Source: an uncultured Alphaproteobacteria bacterium
GTDB lineage: Bacteria; Pseudomonadota; Alphaproteobacteria; Methylaequorales; Methylaequoraceae
Direction: 5' to 3'
DNA: 64,000 nt
Assembly (NCBI GenBank): GCA_902579395.1
Contig: CACHGK010000001.1
Coordinates: forward strand, 64,504 to 128,503
The first letter of the stretch is position 1. Each line of letters starts with the position of its first letter. Made by a program: the position numbers and the translations under genes. Below the pieces are notes generated by a model that had not been told where the DNA came from, made no database searches, and saw nothing but the letters and a program-made list of their open reading frames with translations. Below are positions 60,005 through 64,000 of this stretch, piece after piece.

Positions 60005-60585
60005 TTTTAATCGATAACTATGATAGTTTTACTTACAATCTTGTTCACTATTTTGAAGAAATTGGAGAAAAAGTTAAGGTATTTAGAAATGATGAAATAA
60101 CCACTGAAAAGGTTATAAAGTTAAAGCCCGAATTTATTGTTATTTCTCCAGGACCAAGCGTTCCTTCAAATTCTGGAATTTGTATGGATCTAGTGAAAAC
60201 TAATTCCAAAATAAAAAAAACCATTCCTACGCTTGGGGTTTGCCTTGGACATCAAGTTATTGCCGAATGTTTTAACTCTTCGGTAATTCAAAGCGGCAAA
60301 CCAATTCATGGAAAAGTAAGTAAGATTTACTGGCAAAAATCTAAGTTATTTGATGGAATGCAGAATCCATTTAACGCAACTAGATATCATTCATTAATCG
60401 TTGATAATAAAAAGATTAATAATCAACTTAAAATAACTGCCAAGACAGATGAAAATATAATAATGGCAATTGAACATAAAACTTTGCCATTTTTTGGTGT
60501 TCAATTTCATCCAGAAAGTATTGCAACTGAGGACGGACACAAACTTTTAAAAAACTTTCTGAAAATCAGAGAGTTTCAAAATTAG
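59998..60585 (+). CDS. trpG: anthranilate synthase component II (glutamine amidotransferase)
   Basis: 195 aa with MLVLIDNYDSFTYNL, GVCLGHQ and VQFHPES. Confidence 0.92.
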   Translation: MLVLIDNYDSFTYNLVHYFEEIGEKVKVFRNDEITTEKVIKLKPEFIVISPGPSVPSNSGICMDLVKTNSKIKKTIPTLGVCLGHQVIAECFNSSVIQSGKPIHGKVSKIYWQKSKLFDGMQNPFNATRYHSLIVDNKKINNQLKITAKTDENIIMAIEHKTLPFFGVQFHPESIATEDGHKLLKNFLKIREFQN

Positions 60586-60608
60586 TTATTATTAGTTAAA
60601 GTAAAAGA

Positions 60609-61616
60609 ATGAGTATTTCCAAGGATATTTTTGAAAAAATTATTTCGAATAAAAAACTTACAGAAAATGAATCCTACGATATTGCAAAGAAAGTAATTAA
60701 TGGAAATCTAAACTCTTATGAAGTAACTAGTTTATTGAGTTTTTTTTTTATGAGAGGAGAAACATTCAATGAAATTTTTTCGTTTGTTAAAATTCTCAGA
60801 AATAAAATGGATAAAATTTCACTTCGTGGTGATTTGATGGATACATGTGGAACAGGAGGTGATAATAAAAATAGCTTTAATTTTTCTACTGCTACCGCAT
60901 TTGCATTATCTGCATGTAATGTAAAAATAGCTAAACACGGGAATAGATCTGTAACGTCAAAATCTGGGAGTTTTGATATTATTGAATCACTGGGAATAAA
61001 ATTTGACATTAATAAAAGTCAAACAAAAAAATTCTTCGATAAAAATAATATCTGCTTCCTTTTTGCTCCAAAATATCATTCAATTTTAAAAAATTTTGCA
61101 GAACTTAGGAAATCACTTCAATTTAGAACCATTTTTAATCTTCTTGGACCTTTGTTAAATCCTGCGAAATTAAAATATCAGATGTTAGGAGTAAGCAGCG
61201 AAAATAATTTAGAAACACATGCAAAATGTTTGGCAAAATTAAAATTAAAAAAAGCATGGGTTGTTTATAATCTGAATGGATATGATGAATTAACTACCAC
61301 ATCTAAAAATTTGTATATAGAAATTAAAAATGGAAAAGTAAGTAAAAAAAAAATTCTAGATCCCAAAGAATTTGGGCTTAAAACGAGAAAAGAAATTGAA
61401 TTAAAGGGTGGAACAGCTGATGAGAATGCTTTTCTTTTAAAAAGAGTTTTTGAGGGAGAAACCGGCCCAATAAGGGATAATCTAGTATTAAATACAGCTG
61501 TTGGTCTTCTTATAAGCGAAAAAGTAGATAATCTGAGAGATGGTATAAAATTAATTGAAAAAAATATTGATAATGGATTAGTTTATAAAAAACTAATGTC
61601 ACTCATAAGTAAATAA
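60609..61616 (+). CDS. trpD: anthranilate phosphoribosyltransferase
   Basis: 335 aa with DTCGTGGD, KHGNRSVTSKSGS and NLLGPLLNP. Confidence 0.92.
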   Translation: MSISKDIFEKIISNKKLTENESYDIAKKVINGNLNSYEVTSLLSFFFMRGETFNEIFSFVKILRNKMDKISLRGDLMDTCGTGGDNKNSFNFSTATAFALSACNVKIAKHGNRSVTSKSGSFDIIESLGIKFDINKSQTKKFFDKNNICFLFAPKYHSILKNFAELRKSLQFRTIFNLLGPLLNPAKLKYQMLGVSSENNLETHAKCLAKLKLKKAWVVYNLNGYDELTTTSKNLYIEIKNGKVSKKKILDPKEFGLKTRKEIELKGGTADENAFLLKRVFEGETGPIRDNLVLNTAVGLLISEKVDNLRDGIKLIEKNIDNGLVYKKLMSLISK

Positions 61617-61617
61617 A

Positions 61618-62391
61618 ATGAATATACTAGAAAAAATTTGCAAAGAAAAAAAACTTGAAATTGTAAAATTGAAAAATTTAATTGATTATAAGGATAAGAT
61701 AGCTATAAAAAAAAGAAGAGGTTTTATAGAAAGTTTGATTAAATTTAAAAAAGATAAATTTAATCTTATAGCTGAAATAAAAAGAGCCTCTCCAAGTAAA
61801 GGTGAGATTTGTAAAAAATTTGAACTAAGCAAAATTGCTACGGATTACGAAAAAGCTGGAGCATCATGCTTGTCAATCTTAACAGAAAAGAATTTTTTTT
61901 CTGGTGACATCTCTTTTATTAACAAAGTTAAAGAAATTGTAAAAATACCTATATTGAGAAAGGACTTTATAATTGACGAATGGCAAATTTATGAAAGTTA
62001 CTATCATGGAGCAGATTGTATTCTTTTAATTTTAGCCATTCTTAATGATGAAGAAGCAAAAAAATTTCTTAATTTAGCAAATGAAATTAATTTAGACGTA
62101 ATTGTGGAAGTTCATGATATTGATGAACTTAGAAGAGCCATAAAACTTAAACCAAATTGTATTGGTATTAATAATAGAAATTTAAAAACTCTTAGAATTG
62201 ATATAAATACATTCAAGAAACTATCTAAAGAGATACCAGATGGAATTTTAAAGATATGTGAAAGTGGTCTTAGCAAGAACTCTGAACTAAGAGATTTATA
62301 TAAACATGGAGCCAATGCATTTCTGGTAGGTGAGTCTTTAATGTCATCCAGCAATTTAAAACTAAGAACTAGTAGGTTAATTCGAAAATGA
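61618..62391 (+). CDS. trpC: indole-3-glycerol phosphate synthase
   Basis: 257 aa with IAEIKRASPSKG, LSILTE, LRKDFI, GINNRNL and ESG motifs. Confidence 0.92.
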   Translation: MNILEKICKEKKLEIVKLKNLIDYKDKIAIKKRRGFIESLIKFKKDKFNLIAEIKRASPSKGEICKKFELSKIATDYEKAGASCLSILTEKNFFSGDISFINKVKEIVKIPILRKDFIIDEWQIYESYYHGADCILLILAILNDEEAKKFLNLANEINLDVIVEVHDIDELRRAIKLKPNCIGINNRNLKTLRIDINTFKKLSKEIPDGILKICESGLSKNSELRDLYKHGANAFLVGESLMSSSNLKLRTSRLIRK

Positions 62392-62867
62392 ATTTTACAC
62401 ATATTAAAGATAAGAAGAAAATTAACATGGTTGATGTTACAAAGAAAAAAAAAACCGAAAGAGTCGCAAGTGCCCGTGCTTTAGTTAAATTCACAAAAAC
62501 AACCTTTGAAAAAATTACATTAGATAATTCTCCTAAAGGCGAGATTTTTAATACAGCAAGACTGGCTGGGACTATGGCTGCTAAAAAAACATACGATCTA
62601 ATTCCTCTTTGCCACAATATAAATCTTAACTTAATTGAAATAAATTTTAGAATAATTAAAAAAAAATTTATCGTTGAAGTTTTAGTTTCTGTTAAAAGTA
62701 GTTCAAAAACTGGAGTTGAGATGGAGGCACTTACAGCTTGTTCTATTGCTTCTCTTACAATATATGACATGTGTAAAAGTTTTGACAAAAAAATTATTAT
62801 CGAAGATTTAAGATTATTATCCAAGAGTGGTGGGAAATCAGGAGATTATATTGATGATAACGTTTAA
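62388..62867 (+). CDS. moaC: cyclic pyranopterin monophosphate synthase
   Basis: 159 aa with NTARLAGTMAAKKTYDLIPLCH and TGVEMEALTACSIASLTIYDMCK. Confidence 0.92.
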   Translation: MNFTHIKDKKKINMVDVTKKKKTERVASARALVKFTKTTFEKITLDNSPKGEIFNTARLAGTMAAKKTYDLIPLCHNINLNLIEINFRIIKKKFIVEVLVSVKSSSKTGVEMEALTACSIASLTIYDMCKSFDKKIIIEDLRLLSKSGGKSGDYIDDNV

Positions 62868-64000
62868 TAGAGCCTGTGAAGTTATAACTAAAACAGTCAT
62901 TGAGTCAAAAAAGAATGAATTAATAAATACAGAAAATTGTATTGGAAGAATACTAAGTAAAAATTATTTATCTAATATAAATCTACCTAGAATAAATCTT
63001 TCTTCAATGGATGGTGCAGCAATATTATTTAATGAGAAAAAAAAAATTCTTAAAATTTCTGGTGAATCAAAAGCAGGAGATAAATTAGCAAGTGAAATAA
63101 AAAAAGGTGAATGTCAGTTAATTTATACAGGAGCTCCAGTAAAAGGTGAAAATAAGAAAATAATTCCCAAAGAGAATTTTGAAATTAAAAATGGATACAT
63201 TTATATTAAAACTTATCCAAAAACTGACCTTATAAGAAAAAAAGGGTCAGATCTAAAAAAAAAAAATATTTATCTACATAAAAAGGAATTAATTACTCTA
63301 AGAGCTATCGGCTTGGGTAAATCGATGAAGCTTAAAAAATTAAGTGTTAAAAGAAAACCAAAAATTTTTGTTATTTGTACTGGTGATGAAATTTTAAATC
63401 ATAATGGTAAAAGTGCGTTAGTTACATCAACAAATAATATTTTTATTAAAAACCTCGTAGAAATATTTGGAGGAGAAGTTGTTAAAATAATCTTTTCAAG
63501 AGATACTAAAGAAGATTTTATTCAAAAATTTAATTCAGAAAAGAATTTTAATATTCTTATTACATCTGGTGGTATATCAAGAGGTAAGTATGATATTGTT
63601 AAAAATTCACTAAAAGAAAAAGGACTAAAAATATATTTTGATAGAGTAGCAATTAAACCTGGAAAACCCACAACATTTGGAAAATTCTCTAAAAATAAAT
63701 ACTTTCTTGGTCTTCCTGGGAATCCAATATCTTGTTATATGTCAATGATAAATTTTTTTCCAATCTTTATTAATTCATTTTATGGAACAAAACATTCAAG
63801 ATTTACATCAAAGGAATTCGTATCAAAAAAATTTATAGAAAAAAATAAAAACCTTACTTTATTCAATAGGGTGACTGTAGATGAAAAATTTTTTAAAGTT
63901 TTTGATAATCAAGATAGCTCAATGCTTCATTTACTTAAAAAAGCCAATGGAATTTTAATCAGAAAACCATATGACAAGGAAATCCATCCAAATGAAAAAA
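62854..64000 (+). CDS. moeA: molybdopterin molybdenumtransferase (partial, runs off the window end)
   Basis: This ORF is not in the supplied track because it has no stop in the window. The ATG at 62854 overlaps moaC by 14 nt. My hand translation gives MITFNRACEVITK ... SSMDGAAI ... ITSGGISRGKYDIVK ... DRVAIKPGKPTTFGK, which is typical of MoeA. Confidence 0.8.
   Translation, partial: MITFNRACEVITKTVIESKKNELINTENCIGRILSKNYLSNINLPRINLSSMDGAAILFNEKKKILKISGESKAGDKLASEIKKGECQLIYTGAPVKGENKKIIPKENFEIKNGYIYIKTYPKTDLIRKKGSDLKKKNIYLHKKELITLRAIGLGKSMKLKKLSVKRKPKIFVICTGDEILNHNGKSALVTSTNNIFIKNLVEIFGGEVVKIIFSRDTKEDFIQKFNSEKNFNILITSGGISRGKYDIVKNSLKEKGLKIYFDRVAIKPGKPTTFGKFSKNKYFLGLPGNPISCYMSMINFFPIFINSFYGTKHSRFTSKEFVSKKFIEKNKNLTLFNRVTVDEKFFKVFDNQDSSMLHLLKKANGILIRKPYDKEIHPNEK

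Noticed and set aside
62369-62824. 151-aa minus-strand ORF covering nearly all of moaC.
   Set aside because: The plus-strand frame carries unmistakable MoaC motifs (LIPLCH, TGVEMEAL), while the antisense frame is hydrophobic low-complexity sequence.

Overview
This is a 64-kb window from a very AT-rich, gene-dense bacterial chromosome. Intergenic spacers are tiny and many genes overlap by 4-26 nt. The gene orders dusB-ntrB-ntrC-ntrY-ntrX-trkA-dat-hflX and ppiD-trpE-trpG-trpD-trpC-moaC-moeA, plus a GTTC-N7-GTTC SOS operator, point to a streamlined alphaproteobacterium, possibly Pelagibacterales-like. That taxonomic call is inference only.

The right half (about 33.6-64 kb) is housekeeping core: clpB, hflX, trkA, two Ntr two-component pairs, dusB, ispDF, pgpA, eno, kdsA, pyrG, secG, tpiA, ppiD, the trp genes and Moco genes.

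The left half (about 0-33.6 kb) is a patchwork of accessory-type functions:
- a cobT-cobS-cobC cobalamin nucleotide-loop module
- an NDH-2 fused to a cyclic-nucleotide-binding domain
- a eukaryote-like SBP56/methanethiol-oxidase homologue next to MerP/MerT-like genes
- a divergent TonB-dependent receptor operon behind a Zur-type box
- a MORN-repeat protein
- a cytochrome c plus PQQ-type sugar dehydrogenase operon with deviant codon usage
- a lactate permease, an M32 carboxypeptidase, a cytoplasmic Mo-bisPGD oxidoreductase and katG
- four orphan genes
- an SOS-controlled umuDC cassette
- the four-gene ligase-associated DNA-damage-response cluster

I could not recognise any rRNA, tRNA, CRISPR array, transposase or integrase.

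The most interesting candidate for an undescribed system is the two-armed metal island at about 4.3-11.3 kb. Each arm pairs an outer-membrane protein with a small MerT-topology inner-membrane protein, and the arms flank one control region. All functional calls come from motif recognition by eye and need HMM or BLAST confirmation.
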